DNA of 64,000 nt from Bacteroidota bacterium (GTDB lineage Bacteria > Bacteroidota > Bacteroidia > Bacteroidales > JAAUTT01), in the NCBI GenBank assembly GCA_030706405.1, contig JAUZOO010000002.1, positions 385,167 to 449,166 on the forward strand, read 5' to 3'. The notes under the pieces were generated by a model that was given only the letters and a program-made list of their open reading frames with translations, ran no database searches and was not told the origin of the DNA. Made by a program: the position numbers and the translations under genes. Within the stretch, counting starts at the first letter, position 1, and every line of letters begins with the position of its first letter. Shown here piece by piece: positions 17,575-28,091 of the stretch.

Positions 17575-18882
17575 ATGAAAGACCGCAAAGTAATTCATTT
17601 CGTAACGCTTGGGTGCAGTAAAAACTTGGTAGATTCCGAACATCTGATGAAACAGATTGAACTATCGGGTTATAAGGTGACTCACAATTCAGATAAAATA
17701 AGCTCAGGAACGGTAATTGTAAATACTTGTGGGTTTATCCGTGATGCAAAACAAGAAAGTATTGACACAATACTGGAATTAGCCCAAGCTAAAATCGATG
17801 GCAGAATTCAAGGATTATATGTAATGGGGTGTCTTTCTCAGTTATATAAAGATGAGCTCAAAAATGAAATACCTGAAGTTGATCAGTTCTTTGGAGTTAA
17901 TAATTTTGAAGAAATTCTTAAAGATATTGGTATTGGGTACAATCGTGAACTATTGAATGAACGTATTCAAACTACTCCTAAACACTTTGCTTATCTTAAA
18001 ATATCGGAAGGATGCGACCGTACCTGCGCTTTTTGTTCTATTCCCACAATTCGTGGTCGGCACACATCAATTTCAATCGAAATACTAAAAGCTGAAGCTC
18101 AAAAACTTGCAGATCAGGGTGTAAAAGAGTTAATTGTTATTGCTCAGGATATAACATATTATGGTCTGGACATTTATAAAGAACAACGATTAGCCGCTTT
18201 ACTAAAAGAGCTAGTTACCATTAAAGATCTCGAATGGATTCGATTACATTATGCCTATCCTCATAAATTCCCGCAGGATGTAATTCGGGTAATGAAGGAA
18301 AATCCTAAAATTTGCAGGTATCTTGACATTCCATTTCAACACATTAGTGATAAGGTACTTAAGCAAATGAAACGGGGGAATAATCGTTCACAGGCTGTGG
18401 AATTAATCCAACAACTTCGTCAAGAGTTGCCGGGCATTGCGTTACGAACAACTATGCTGGTGGGACATCCTGGCGAGACTGAGCAAGATTTCAATGAATT
18501 GCTTGAATTTGTTAAAGAAACTAAGTTTGATCGTCTTGGAGTTTTTCCGTATTCTCATGAGGATCATTCGTATGCTTTTGACCATTATCAAGACGAAATC
18601 CCTGACGAAATTAAAGAAGCCCGTGTAGAAGCTATAATGCAATTGCAGCAGGAAATTTCGGCCGAAATCAATCACAGTAAAATTGGTAAAACATTGCGTG
18701 TAATTATAGACCAAAAAGAATCTGAATATTGGATTGGCAGAACTGAGTTTGATTCTCCCGAAGTCGATAACGAAGTTTTGATTCCGATTTCAACAGATTT
18801 AAAAATTGGCAGGTTTTACGATGTTAAAATTATCAATGCTAACGAATATGACTTGCTTGGTGAGCTTTCCGATGAAAATTAG
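17575..18882 (+). CDS. rimO: Ribosomal protein S12 methylthiotransferase RimO
   Basis: 435 aa. UPF0004 N-domain (LGCSKN), radical SAM CDRTCAFC, and a C-terminal TRAM domain. Confidence 0.9.
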   Translation: MKDRKVIHFVTLGCSKNLVDSEHLMKQIELSGYKVTHNSDKISSGTVIVNTCGFIRDAKQESIDTILELAQAKIDGRIQGLYVMGCLSQLYKDELKNEIPEVDQFFGVNNFEEILKDIGIGYNRELLNERIQTTPKHFAYLKISEGCDRTCAFCSIPTIRGRHTSISIEILKAEAQKLADQGVKELIVIAQDITYYGLDIYKEQRLAALLKELVTIKDLEWIRLHYAYPHKFPQDVIRVMKENPKICRYLDIPFQHISDKVLKQMKRGNNRSQAVELIQQLRQELPGIALRTTMLVGHPGETEQDFNELLEFVKETKFDRLGVFPYSHEDHSYAFDHYQDEIPDEIKEARVEAIMQLQQEISAEINHSKIGKTLRVIIDQKESEYWIGRTEFDSPEVDNEVLIPISTDLKIGRFYDVKIINANEYDLLGELSDEN

Positions 18883-19010
18883 TCTTTTAAGATATTTAGC
18901 GGCAAGTTGATCTTGCTTCTATTTTTTTAACGCATATTTGTCCTATAATTTATATTATGTTAAATAGATATTTTAAAATTAAGGAAGCCCAAAAGCTCCC
19001 TCTTTCTTGC

Positions 19011-19889
19011 CTAGAATGCATTATATTTTTCCAATTGTTTACGAGTAAGTTTTAGGTAATCTTGAGTAATATTAATTTTTTGATTATTGACGATCCCCCA
19101 CACAAATTTTCCTTTCCATTCCATCTTTATTATTCCATTGTTTGGATCATTGATAATATATTGACCTTCTTTTTCGTCAAAATTTTGCTTCACTGCCAAC
19201 ATATATTTTGATACCAAATTTTGAGCAGCTTTAGTATCGGCCTGTTCCATTATGAAAATCCTGAATGTTTGATTATCTTTTCCATATGTTGCCATTAAGG
19301 CTGAGTTCATAAACTCATATCCTAAAAAGTTGGTACTGATCAAATTCTCTGAGTTATTAATTTTTCCTTCCAAAGGAAAATAGTTTAATCCTTTAGGCAA
19401 CAGACTATTATTATTAAGCTTTTTAGCTAAATCATTGGCTATTTGAAATATATCCTTTCCCGTTGCCGCAGAATTATCATGACTAGATATTTTTACATAA
19501 TACCTGTCACACAGAAAATTAAGTATGCCTTCTTCCTGATAACCTTGTGCTCCTACCGTTATAAAGTTAGTTTTTAACGGACGTTCTTGCGCATAAATGC
19601 CAAAAGCGAGAAGCGGCATTTTATGGTCGTAAATTTCTACAGTAATGTACTTTTCTTTATCGTCGCGAGCATTATAAGTGCCAACAATTAGGTTCTCGAA
19701 ACCCGAACTTAAATAATTATCGGCAGCACCATCAATATAATCATAAAGATTATCGGGAGTAAAAATCCGAAAACTATCAGCCAGTAACCATTTGCTGTTT
19801 GAGGTTGGAAATTGAGATTTAAGGGTATTCTGAGCATTCATGCTTAATACAAAGAATGGTAGAATTATTAAGAATACAGCTTTTTTCAT
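19011..19889 (-). CDS. Secreted protein of unknown function
   Basis: 292 aa with an N-terminal signal peptide (FFVLSMNAQ). No motif recognised. Confidence 0.5.
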   Translation of the reverse strand: MKKAVFLIILPFFVLSMNAQNTLKSQFPTSNSKWLLADSFRIFTPDNLYDYIDGAADNYLSSGFENLIVGTYNARDDKEKYITVEIYDHKMPLLAFGIYAQERPLKTNFITVGAQGYQEEGILNFLCDRYYVKISSHDNSAATGKDIFQIANDLAKKLNNNSLLPKGLNYFPLEGKINNSENLISTNFLGYEFMNSALMATYGKDNQTFRIFIMEQADTKAAQNLVSKYMLAVKQNFDEKEGQYIINDPNNGIIKMEWKGKFVWGIVNNQKINITQDYLKLTRKQLEKYNAF

Positions 19890-19902
19890 GTTTTTGAGGG
19901 TA

Positions 19903-19928
19903 TAAAAAAAGCCGCACAGGGCGGCTTT
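19903..19928 (-). terminator. Rho-independent terminator after the TPR protein gene
   Basis: Minus-strand hairpin gccgc/gcggc followed by a T-run. Confidence 0.5.
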
Positions 19929-19931
19929 AAT

Positions 19932-21416
19932 TTATTTGGATTCTTCTAACTGCTTATTTATTTCATTGTATTTGTCGGTCATATTAAGTCTATAATACAA
20001 CTTTTTTAAATACGTCATAGCATCACGGTCTTTAGGATTAATTTCGTGAGCTTTTTCAAAGTAAGTAAGCGCTTTTTTAAACTCTTCGTCTCCTTTAGCT
20101 TTAAAAGCCTCATATTTATCATTTTCCACTTCAGCAGCCTGATTGTGAATTTTGTTTCCGCTATTTACATACAAATTGCCTAGATAATAATAAGCTTCAA
20201 AATAAGAAGGGTCAATTTCAGCAGCCTTTTTGTATTGTTCTACGGCCTTGAGTTGCATATCACTATAAACTGCTCGTAACGAATCTGCTTTTGTTTTATA
20301 TTTAGATCCTACAGCATCCGATAGTTTTTGATACTTATCTTTAATTGGCTGATATTTTTTCATATTATTACCAGTGCTTTTGAATTCAGCTTTTTTGGCC
20401 TCATCAATATTGTCCAATTCTTTTCGCTTGGCTTTATCAATATCAGCTAACTGAGTATCAATCTTATCGCACATATTACTATAAAGACCTCCTTCTGCAA
20501 AATAAAAGGATTTATTTTTAGGATCAGCTGCTTTGGCTTGGGATAAGTAACTTACCGCCTTATCCTTATTACCCTTTAACAGATAATAATTGATAAGTTC
20601 AACCATGATTTCAAGGTTACCCGGATATAATGCAACTCCTTTTTCCAATGCATTTAATCCGTTAGCTGTATCCTTTTTGGCAAAGTATGCAAGTTTGAGA
20701 TTTTTATAAACTCCTGGGTCTTTGTATTTGAGCTCGGCTGCTTTGGATAGATATTTTATAGCTTCATCGTTTAACCCGGCTGCGGCTGCTGTATAGCCGG
20801 TATTATAAATGAAGGCTGTATCATTAGGAAGATTGATTTGTTTCATCTCGTTAATATCAAGAATTTGCTTGAACGAGTTAAAAGCCCCTGTATAATCATT
20901 AAGTGAATAATAATTAAAAGCTTCCTTCAAAAATAATGTCTTCAGATTTTTTAAGCCATCAGCAATCGCCGATTTATTTTTTCCGTTTACATCTAGTTCA
21001 CTAGCTTTATTATAGCTATTAAAAGCTTCTCCAATCGGATTAGCTATAATTTGCTGGGTTTCTTTCCATGATTTTAACTTCCCATTGATAAAGGTAAGCG
21101 TGATCCGGTCGTAAACATATTGCTCTTTTCCTGCCTCGGGGCCGCTAATGACTTTCTTGGGCTCGTTCATAAATAATTTAACTTCCTTTTGAGTCATATC
21201 ACCCCTAATTAGTTGCGTATTGGCGGAAGCAATAGACTGTAAAAGATTTCCCCTTTCTATCCAGGTTTTAGGATCGGTATTCTTCTTAGGATTTTCCAGT
21301 GCCTTGTTACTTTTGTCGAGTTTACTGGTAAATTCTTTAATATCAGCATCCTGGCAAAAGGCATTTATATGCCCTGCAATAAAAAATAATAAAATAAAAA
21401 AAGTTATCCGTTTCAT
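19932..21416 (-). CDS. Secreted tetratricopeptide-repeat protein
   Basis: 494 aa with a signal peptide and multiple TPR-like repeats (YYLGNLY, EKAHEINPKD, ALEKGVALYPGN). Confidence 0.6.
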   Translation of the reverse strand: MKRITFFILLFFIAGHINAFCQDADIKEFTSKLDKSNKALENPKKNTDPKTWIERGNLLQSIASANTQLIRGDMTQKEVKLFMNEPKKVISGPEAGKEQYVYDRITLTFINGKLKSWKETQQIIANPIGEAFNSYNKASELDVNGKNKSAIADGLKNLKTLFLKEAFNYYSLNDYTGAFNSFKQILDINEMKQINLPNDTAFIYNTGYTAAAAGLNDEAIKYLSKAAELKYKDPGVYKNLKLAYFAKKDTANGLNALEKGVALYPGNLEIMVELINYYLLKGNKDKAVSYLSQAKAADPKNKSFYFAEGGLYSNMCDKIDTQLADIDKAKRKELDNIDEAKKAEFKSTGNNMKKYQPIKDKYQKLSDAVGSKYKTKADSLRAVYSDMQLKAVEQYKKAAEIDPSYFEAYYYLGNLYVNSGNKIHNQAAEVENDKYEAFKAKGDEEFKKALTYFEKAHEINPKDRDAMTYLKKLYYRLNMTDKYNEINKQLEESK

Positions 21417-21451
21417 ATTAAATAATTGATGTTTTGAAGTTATAAACTAAT

Positions 21452-23962
21452 TTATTCATTAGATACATTACTTATGGAGTCTTCGCCCCCCTCACCTGTC
21501 GGGATTTCATAATTTTCGTCTTCTGATTTGGGAACTTGGGCTACCGAAGCTATCAAATCGTTTTTACGCAAATTAATCAATTTTACGCCCTGGGCTGTAC
21601 GTCCGGTAGTACGGAGATTAGAAACGGCCAAACGAATGGTAATCCCGGATTTGTTAATTATCATCAAATCGTCGTTATCAGTAACTCCTTTAACAGCAAT
21701 AAGTTTTCCGGTTTTGTCAGTTATGTTAATGGTTTTTACGCCTTTACCGCCTCGATTTGTGATACGATAATCATCAATTTTAGAACGTTTTCCAAAACCA
21801 GTCTCGGAAACCACCAAGATGTCCTGTTCGTTATTTTCAACACAAACAATACCAACTACCTGGTCAGCTTCTTCCTCGGAAAGAGTAATTGCCCTTACCC
21901 CTGCAGCTGTACGACCCATAGCGCGCACTTTAGTTTCGGGGAAACGAATTGCCCTACCTGAACGAATTGCTACTAAGATTTCACTGTTTCCATCGGTAAG
22001 TTTAGCGTCCATAAGACTATCTCCTTCACGAATAGTTATTGCAACAATACCATTTTGGCGAGGACGAGTAAAGTCTTCAAGAGCCATCTTTTTCATCACA
22101 CCATTACGGGTGCATAATACGATAAAGTGATTATCAATGTATTCTGAATTGATAAGACTTTGTACATTGATGTAAGCTTTTACAGTATCGTCCTGGTCGA
22201 TATTGATAAGATTTTGAATAGCACGGCCTTTCGAAGCTTTCGTACCTTCTGGAATCTCATAGACTTTTTGCCAGAAACATTTACCTTTTTCGGTGAAAAA
22301 CAACATGGTATTATGCATGGTTGCACTTAGCATGTGTGCCAAAAAGTCCTCATCGCGAGTACTGCTACCCTTTGTTCCGACTCCTCCCCTGCTTTGAGTT
22401 TTAAATTCGGTTAACGGAGTACGTTTAATATAACCAAGGTTTGAAATGGTAATGATCATGTCGTCGTTGGCATAGAAATCTTCTGGATTGAATTCCTCTG
22501 CAGTCGGAATAATTTCTGTGCGACGTTCATCACCATATTTTTCTTTTAGCGCAAGAAGCTCATCCTTGATAATCGTCATTCTTAACACTTCATCAGCTAA
22601 AATCTGGGTTAAATGGTCGATTAATTTCAGAAGTTCTTCATATTCTTTATGAAGCTCATCACGACTCAGTCCGGTGAGAGCCCTCAAACGCATGTCGAGG
22701 ATGGCCCGAGCCTGAATTTCGGAAAGATTAAATCGTTCGATTAATTTATTCTGAGCTTCTTCAGTATTAGCAGCCCCTCTGATGATGCTTACCACTTCAT
22801 CGATATTATCAACGGCAATGATTAAGCCTTCGAGGATATGTTTCCGCTTTTCAGCCTGATCCAAATCGTATTGAGTACGACGAACAACAACCTCATGACG
22901 ATGCTCTACGTAATAATGAATAAGTTGTTTCAGGTTTAGCGTTTTGGGCCGTCCTTTAACAAGAGCAATGTTATTTACATTGAAAGTTGATTGTAACTGG
23001 GTGTACTTAAATAGGTTATTCAGTACAACGTTAGCCTTGGCTTCCTTTTTAAGGATAATGACGATACGCATACCATTCCGGTCACTTTCGTCATTAATAT
23101 AGGATATGCCTTCTATTTTTTTTTCGTTAATCAGGTCGGCAGTCTTCTTAATAAGTTCAGCTTTGTTAACCTGATAAGGTATTTCGGTAACAATTATTTT
23201 GTCGCGACCGGAAGCTGTGACTTCCACATCGGTTTTGGCCCTTACTACAATACGACCACGACCGGTTTCATAAGCTTCTTTGACGCCTTGGTAACCATAA
23301 ATAATTGCCCCGGTAGGAAAATCGGGACCTTTAACATGGTGCATCAACTCTTCGATAGAAATATCATTGTTATCTATATAAGCAACAACTGCATCGATAA
23401 CTTCCTTCAGGTTATGGGGAGCCATGTTAGTGGCCATCCCTACTGCAATACCGGAGGCTCCGTTTACCAACAAGTTCGGAAATGCACAAGGCATGACGGT
23501 TGGTTCTTCGAGCGAATCATCGAAGTTTAACTGAAAATCAACGGTATTCTTATCCAAATCTGCCATCATTTCTTCGGCAATCTTGGTCATCCTGGCTTCG
23601 GTATAACGCATCGCTGCCGGACTATCGCCGTCTACTGAACCGAAGTTACCTTGCCCGTCAACCAGTGTATATCTCATCGACCAAGGCTGAGCCATACGTA
23701 CCATGGCATCATAAACCGATGAGTCTCCATGAGGGTGAAACTTTCCAAGAACCTCACCTACAATTCTGGCCGACTTTTTATAAGGCTTATTGGAGGCGAT
23801 TCCAAGTTCGGACATACCAAACAATACACGACGATGAACCGGTTTTAAACCGTCTCTTACATCAGGAAGCGCACGCGAAACAATCACCGACATCGAATAA
23901 TCGATGTAGGCTGACTTCATTTCTTCCTCAATGTTGATTTTAATAATTTTCTCTTCTTGCAT
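21452..23962 (-). CDS. gyrA: DNA gyrase subunit A
   Basis: 836 aa with DGLKPVHRR, the active-site region AAMRYTEAR, the QRDR-like [10 protein letters not shown], and a C-terminal beta-pinwheel. Confidence 0.97.
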   Translation of the reverse strand: MQEEKIIKINIEEEMKSAYIDYSMSVIVSRALPDVRDGLKPVHRRVLFGMSELGIASNKPYKKSARIVGEVLGKFHPHGDSSVYDAMVRMAQPWSMRYTLVDGQGNFGSVDGDSPAAMRYTEARMTKIAEEMMADLDKNTVDFQLNFDDSLEEPTVMPCAFPNLLVNGASGIAVGMATNMAPHNLKEVIDAVVAYIDNNDISIEELMHHVKGPDFPTGAIIYGYQGVKEAYETGRGRIVVRAKTDVEVTASGRDKIIVTEIPYQVNKAELIKKTADLINEKKIEGISYINDESDRNGMRIVIILKKEAKANVVLNNLFKYTQLQSTFNVNNIALVKGRPKTLNLKQLIHYYVEHRHEVVVRRTQYDLDQAEKRKHILEGLIIAVDNIDEVVSIIRGAANTEEAQNKLIERFNLSEIQARAILDMRLRALTGLSRDELHKEYEELLKLIDHLTQILADEVLRMTIIKDELLALKEKYGDERRTEIIPTAEEFNPEDFYANDDMIITISNLGYIKRTPLTEFKTQSRGGVGTKGSSTRDEDFLAHMLSATMHNTMLFFTEKGKCFWQKVYEIPEGTKASKGRAIQNLINIDQDDTVKAYINVQSLINSEYIDNHFIVLCTRNGVMKKMALEDFTRPRQNGIVAITIREGDSLMDAKLTDGNSEILVAIRSGRAIRFPETKVRAMGRTAAGVRAITLSEEEADQVVGIVCVENNEQDILVVSETGFGKRSKIDDYRITNRGGKGVKTINITDKTGKLIAVKGVTDNDDLMIINKSGITIRLAVSNLRTTGRTAQGVKLINLRKNDLIASVAQVPKSEDENYEIPTGEGGEDSISNVSNE

Positions 23963-24109
23963 TTTGTTATTAATAGTTCCTAATAATCAACGATATATGC
24001 TTCTGTAAAAATAGATACTAAAATAGGTATTTTTTTAAGGAATCTGAAACATATCGGATTGATTTTATTAACAACTGATTGTTTAAAACATCTGGCGGTC
24101 TTTTTTTGT

Positions 24110-24117
24110 TATATTTG
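24110..24117 (+). promoter_or_regulatory. Candidate -7 box (TATATTTG) for clpC
   Basis: Matches TAnnTTTG in the divergent gyrA/clpC intergenic region. Confidence 0.35.
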
Positions 24118-24159
24118 TAATTCATTTGTACTTTAGACATGAAACAATATCGAATAAAT

Positions 24160-26703
24160 ATGGACGCCAAGTTTTCTCAAAGAATCAAGGATGTTCTATC
24201 GTACAGTAAGGAAGAAGCTGCCCGTTTGGGTACTCCTTTTATTGGTACGGAACATTTATTTTTAGGAATACTAAGGGATGGCGAAGGGGATGCAATTGAA
24301 GCTCTTGTTGGTTTAGGGGCCGACCTTTACGAATTAAGAAAATCAATTGAACAACGAATACGTCCTGAAAAGTATATTCCTATTAAGGATACCGAAAATA
24401 TACCATTAGTTAAAGCCTCCGAACGAACCCTCAAACTGGTTTATCTCGAAGCCCGATCTTTTAAAAGTGAAATGGTCGATACCGGACATTTGCTTTTAGC
24501 GATATTAAAAGACGAAAACTCTTTGGTTTCGCAATTGCTAAACGAAAAAAATATCGATTATTTTACTATTAAAGAAGAATTGGAAAGCTACGATATCAAG
24601 GCTAGTTCTGACTTTCCCGGAGGTGGAGGCGATGATGATGACGACGAACGGAACAGCCAGTTTGGCCAAGGTAAACAACAATCGGGTAATGCACCTGCAA
24701 AAGGAGCTTCGGACACCCCGGTACTCGACAATTTTGGGGTTGATCTCACCAAAGCAGCTGAGGAAGGCCGTCTTGACCCAATTATTGGCCGCGAAAAGGA
24801 AATTGAACGGTTAGCACAGATCCTTAGTCGTCGTAAAAAGAATAACCCTATTCTTATTGGCGAACCGGGAGTTGGAAAATCGGCTATTGCCGAAGGTTTG
24901 GCCCTGCGCATCGTTCAACGGAAAGTATCAAGGGTACTATTTGGTAAACGTGTAGTTACACTCGATTTAGCTTCCATTGTTGCCGGAACCAAATACCGTG
25001 GACAATTTGAAGAGCGTATGAAAGCTATTCTCAATGAATTAGCTAAAACAACCAACGTTATTCTGTTTATCGACGAAATTCACACCATTGTGGGAGCTGG
25101 AGGCGCAACCGGTTCGCTTGATGCCGCCAATATGCTGAAACCAGCTTTGGCGCGTGGCGAAATTCAATGCATCGGAGCTACTACGCTCGACGAGTACCGT
25201 CAGCACATTGAAAAAGACGGAGCACTAGAACGTCGATTCCAGAAGGTAATGGTTGAACCCACTTCAGCCGAAGAAACCATCGAAATATTAAATAACATTA
25301 AGGAGCGTTACGAAGACCATCATAACGTAACTTATACCAAAGATGCAATCGAAGCTTGTGTAAAACTTACACAACGTTATATTTCGGACAGGCACCTTCC
25401 GGACAAAGCTATTGATGCTTTAGACGAAGCTGGTTCGAGAGTTCATATCTCCAATATTGTTGTTCCCGAAAGAATTCTGGAGTTGGAACACCAAATTGAA
25501 GATGTAAAAAAAGAAAAAATTAAAGCTGTCAAAAATCAGAATTTTGAAAAAGCAGCCAGCTTCCGCGACCGCGAAAAAGAACTTCTCGAAAATTTGGAAG
25601 ACGAAAAACAACGTTGGGAAAAAGAATTGGCCAAAAACCGTATTACTGTCGATTCCGAAAAAGTAGCCGAAGTTGTTGCCATGATGACAGGAGTTCCGGT
25701 ACAGCGTATTGCGCAGGCTGAAGGCCAGCGTCTACTTAATATGGGACAAATTATTAAAGGCAGCGTAATTGGTCAGGATGAAGCTATTGAAAAAATAGTA
25801 AAAGCCATTCAACGTAACCGTGCAGGTTTAAAAGACCCGAATAAGCCCATCGGAACATTTATTTTCCTTGGCCCTACCGGTGTAGGTAAAACACAATTAG
25901 CTAAAATATTGGCCCGGTATCTCTTCGATGCGTACGATAATCTTATCCGCATTGACATGAGTGAGTACATGGAAAAATTCAGCATTTCCCGCTTAGTTGG
26001 AGCGCCTCCGGGATACATCGGTTATGAAGAAGGTGGACAGCTTACAGAAAAAGTTCGTCGTAAACCTTATTCAGTTGTACTACTGGATGAAATAGAAAAA
26101 GCCCATCCGGATGTATTTCATATCCTTTTGCAGGTTTTGGATGAAGGACAGTTAACTGATAGTCTTGGTCGCAGAGTCGATTTCAAAAATACGATTATCA
26201 TCATGACCTCCAACATCGGAACGCGTCAATTAAAGGATTTTGGGCAGGGGGTAGGATTTAATACCTCGGCCAAACAAGCACAAAGCAACGAGTATGCTAA
26301 GAGCGTAATTCAGAATGCATTGAAAAAGGCTTTTGCTCCGGAATTTTTAAATCGTATTGATGATGTTATTATGTTTAATACCCTTACCAAAAATGATATC
26401 ATTAAAATTATTGATATTGAACTTAAGGGATTGTTTGACAGAGTGAATACTCTTGGTTACACAATAAAAATTTCGCCGGCAGCTAAGGATTTCATTATCG
26501 AAAAAGGGTATGATGTAAACTTTGGAGCACGACCATTGAAACGTGCTATTCAAAAGTATATTGAAGACCCTATGGCTGAAGTAATTATAAAGGCTTCTGT
26601 AATTGAAGGTGATGTAATTGCAGTTAGCTACAACAAGAAAAAAGATCATCTGACCATTAAAGTCGAAAAAACTAAATCCGGTCAGGAAGAATCCATTGAA
26701 TAA
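24160..26703 (+). CDS. clpC: ATP-dependent Clp protease ATP-binding subunit (ClpC-type AAA+ chaperone)
   Basis: Clp N-domain repeats, two Walker A motifs (GEPGVGKSA, GPTGVGKT), and a UVR-like linker (FEKAASFRDREKEL). The start was chosen at MDAKFSQR (24160); the upstream ATG at 24139 is also possible. Confidence 0.9.
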   Translation: MDAKFSQRIKDVLSYSKEEAARLGTPFIGTEHLFLGILRDGEGDAIEALVGLGADLYELRKSIEQRIRPEKYIPIKDTENIPLVKASERTLKLVYLEARSFKSEMVDTGHLLLAILKDENSLVSQLLNEKNIDYFTIKEELESYDIKASSDFPGGGGDDDDDERNSQFGQGKQQSGNAPAKGASDTPVLDNFGVDLTKAAEEGRLDPIIGREKEIERLAQILSRRKKNNPILIGEPGVGKSAIAEGLALRIVQRKVSRVLFGKRVVTLDLASIVAGTKYRGQFEERMKAILNELAKTTNVILFIDEIHTIVGAGGATGSLDAANMLKPALARGEIQCIGATTLDEYRQHIEKDGALERRFQKVMVEPTSAEETIEILNNIKERYEDHHNVTYTKDAIEACVKLTQRYISDRHLPDKAIDALDEAGSRVHISNIVVPERILELEHQIEDVKKEKIKAVKNQNFEKAASFRDREKELLENLEDEKQRWEKELAKNRITVDSEKVAEVVAMMTGVPVQRIAQAEGQRLLNMGQIIKGSVIGQDEAIEKIVKAIQRNRAGLKDPNKPIGTFIFLGPTGVGKTQLAKILARYLFDAYDNLIRIDMSEYMEKFSISRLVGAPPGYIGYEEGGQLTEKVRRKPYSVVLLDEIEKAHPDVFHILLQVLDEGQLTDSLGRRVDFKNTIIIMTSNIGTRQLKDFGQGVGFNTSAKQAQSNEYAKSVIQNALKKAFAPEFLNRIDDVIMFNTLTKNDIIKIIDIELKGLFDRVNTLGYTIKISPAAKDFIIEKGYDVNFGARPLKRAIQKYIEDPMAEVIIKASVIEGDVIAVSYNKKKDHLTIKVEKTKSGQEESIE

Positions 26704-26720
26704 TATAACCAAGCTTAAAC

Positions 26721-26756
26721 AAAAAAGCCTGAACTCATAAAGTTCAGGCTTTTTTG
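26721..26756 (+). terminator. Rho-independent terminator after clpC
   Basis: Hairpin aaaaaagcctgaact / agttcaggctttttt. Confidence 0.7.
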
Positions 26757-26936
26757 TTGTCGAAATTTTCATAAAAAAATCACAAAAGGTTCTTATAATA
26801 TTTTTCTTTATAGTAAGAATATCAATGTTAATATTATAAATTAGCTCATTCGTCAATTCATGTACAAAGGTTGTCAAAACAGGTAAAAGATGAAAATTTA
26901 TAGGGCAACAATAATTTAATTTCGTAAAAAACTAAA

Positions 26937-27323
26937 ATGATAACCATGGACGCGTTAATAATCGAAGGAACCCATTCCACCCCAAGCGTAAAATTATATC
27001 CTAGTGGTGAATTCTATTTTAAAGGAAGATCTCTTCCGGAAGACCCCTTAACATTTTACACCCCTATCATTCAATGGATAAATAATTGTAAATCAGAAAA
27101 AATAGTGGCTGAGATTTATCTGGAATATATGAATACGAGTAGCTCCAAATTGATATATACCATCCTCCGTGAGATAAAAAATAATCCATACGCGAATAAC
27201 ATAAACATAAATTGGTTGTATGACGAAGGCGACGAGGAAAGTTATGATCTTGGATGCGATTTTCAAGAACAAACAGAACTTTCTTTTCAATTTAAGGAAT
27301 ATTTAGATACCAATCAGAACTAA
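26937..27323 (+). CDS. DUF1987 / SiaC-like regulatory phosphoprotein
   Basis: 128 aa with TPSVKL, GRSLPEDPLTFYTPIIQWI, EYMNTSSSK and INWLYDEGDEE, a pattern that resembles SiaC-family proteins. Confidence 0.65.
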   Translation: MITMDALIIEGTHSTPSVKLYPSGEFYFKGRSLPEDPLTFYTPIIQWINNCKSEKIVAEIYLEYMNTSSSKLIYTILREIKNNPYANNININWLYDEGDEESYDLGCDFQEQTELSFQFKEYLDTNQN

Positions 27324-27355
27324 ACCCGACTTTATAGTTTACCAATGGTCTGGAA

Positions 27356-27601
27356 TTATATTGCAGGATATTCTTTTCGAATCTTCCGCAATAAGTATTC
27401 CAGACCATTTACTTTTATTTCAAGTACTTCTTCCAACATCCGTCCCAACTCATTTTTAGGAAATCCCTGCTGCTTAAACCAGACAAGGTAAGGCTCTGGT
27501 AACTCAGACAGATACTGGTCTTTATATTTTCCAAAAGGCATCCGCATGTGCGCCAGTTTTACAAGCTTTTCTGCAGAAAAACTAAAATCATTGTTTTCCA
27601 T
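27356..27601 (-). CDS. DUF3820-like small protein
   Basis: 81 aa with MPFGKYKDQYLSELPEPYLVWF, characteristic of DUF3820. Confidence 0.6.
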   Translation of the reverse strand: MENNDFSFSAEKLVKLAHMRMPFGKYKDQYLSELPEPYLVWFKQQGFPKNELGRMLEEVLEIKVNGLEYLLRKIRKEYPAI

Positions 27602-28006
27602 CTACAATTCCTTTCCTGAATTTTCTACGTCCGAAAGGTGCAAATCGAGTGCCTTAACTGAAATTTGAATTTCCCATATCGATAGAGTCAAGGATATAAT
27701 TAATAATATCATACTAATCCCGAAAATAAATTCTGCGATTAACATTTTCTGAATATAAATCAAGAACATACACAACACACACAATAATAAGCTTGTAATT
27801 CCAAAAACCTGCATGCTCCGGATAAGATGAAGACGACGGCGAAGGTTTTTTATCTGTCCCATGATAACTACCGAAGGCTTTGTTTTATATTCACTGTGCA
27901 AGGTTCGTACTAGTTGCGCCAAGGCAAGAAAACGGTTGGTAAATGCCAACATTAACAGCGAAATAGCCGAGAAGAAAAGGGCCGGTGTGCTTAATGTTAA
28001 TTCCAT
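27602..28006 (-). CDS. DUF2721-like membrane protein
   Basis: 134 aa with three TM helices and an N-terminus (PALFFSAISLLMLAFTNRF) typical of DUF2721. Its stop directly abuts the start of the next gene. Confidence 0.55.
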   Translation of the reverse strand: MELTLSTPALFFSAISLLMLAFTNRFLALAQLVRTLHSEYKTKPSVVIMGQIKNLRRRLHLIRSMQVFGITSLLLCVLCMFLIYIQKMLIAEFIFGISMILLIISLTLSIWEIQISVKALDLHLSDVENSGKEL

Positions 28007-28035
28007 AATGTTTATTTTTTACAAATTTAACAAAA

Positions 28036-28069
28036 AATGCCCCTTCCGGTTCAATCCGAAAAGGGCATT
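28036..28069 (-). terminator. Rho-independent terminator after the tryptophanase-like gene
   Basis: Minus-strand hairpin aatgccctt..aaggggcatt followed by TTTTT. Confidence 0.5.
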
Positions 28070-28091
28070 GGTATTAGAAACAATTATAAGT

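Noticed and set aside
21528-23937. Several plus-strand ORFs of 80-145 aa inside gyrA (21528..21770, 21536..21961, 21819..22130, 23288..23530, 23500..23937).
   Set aside because: They are antisense to a full-length, motif-rich gyrA. They have no recognisable motifs and their composition reflects the complementary strand of a highly expressed gene.
24616-24650. Gly/Asp-coding low-complexity stretch (GGGGDDDDDE) in clpC that looks like a short tandem nucleotide repeat.
   Set aside because: It is in frame within the flexible linker between the Clp N-domain and AAA-1, so it is not an independent repeat element.
26347-26877. 176-aa minus-strand ORF overlapping the clpC 3' end and its terminator.
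   Set aside because: It is a low-complexity, Phe/Asn/Ile-rich translation of the antisense strand, and it crosses the clpC terminator hairpin, so it is an implausible gene.
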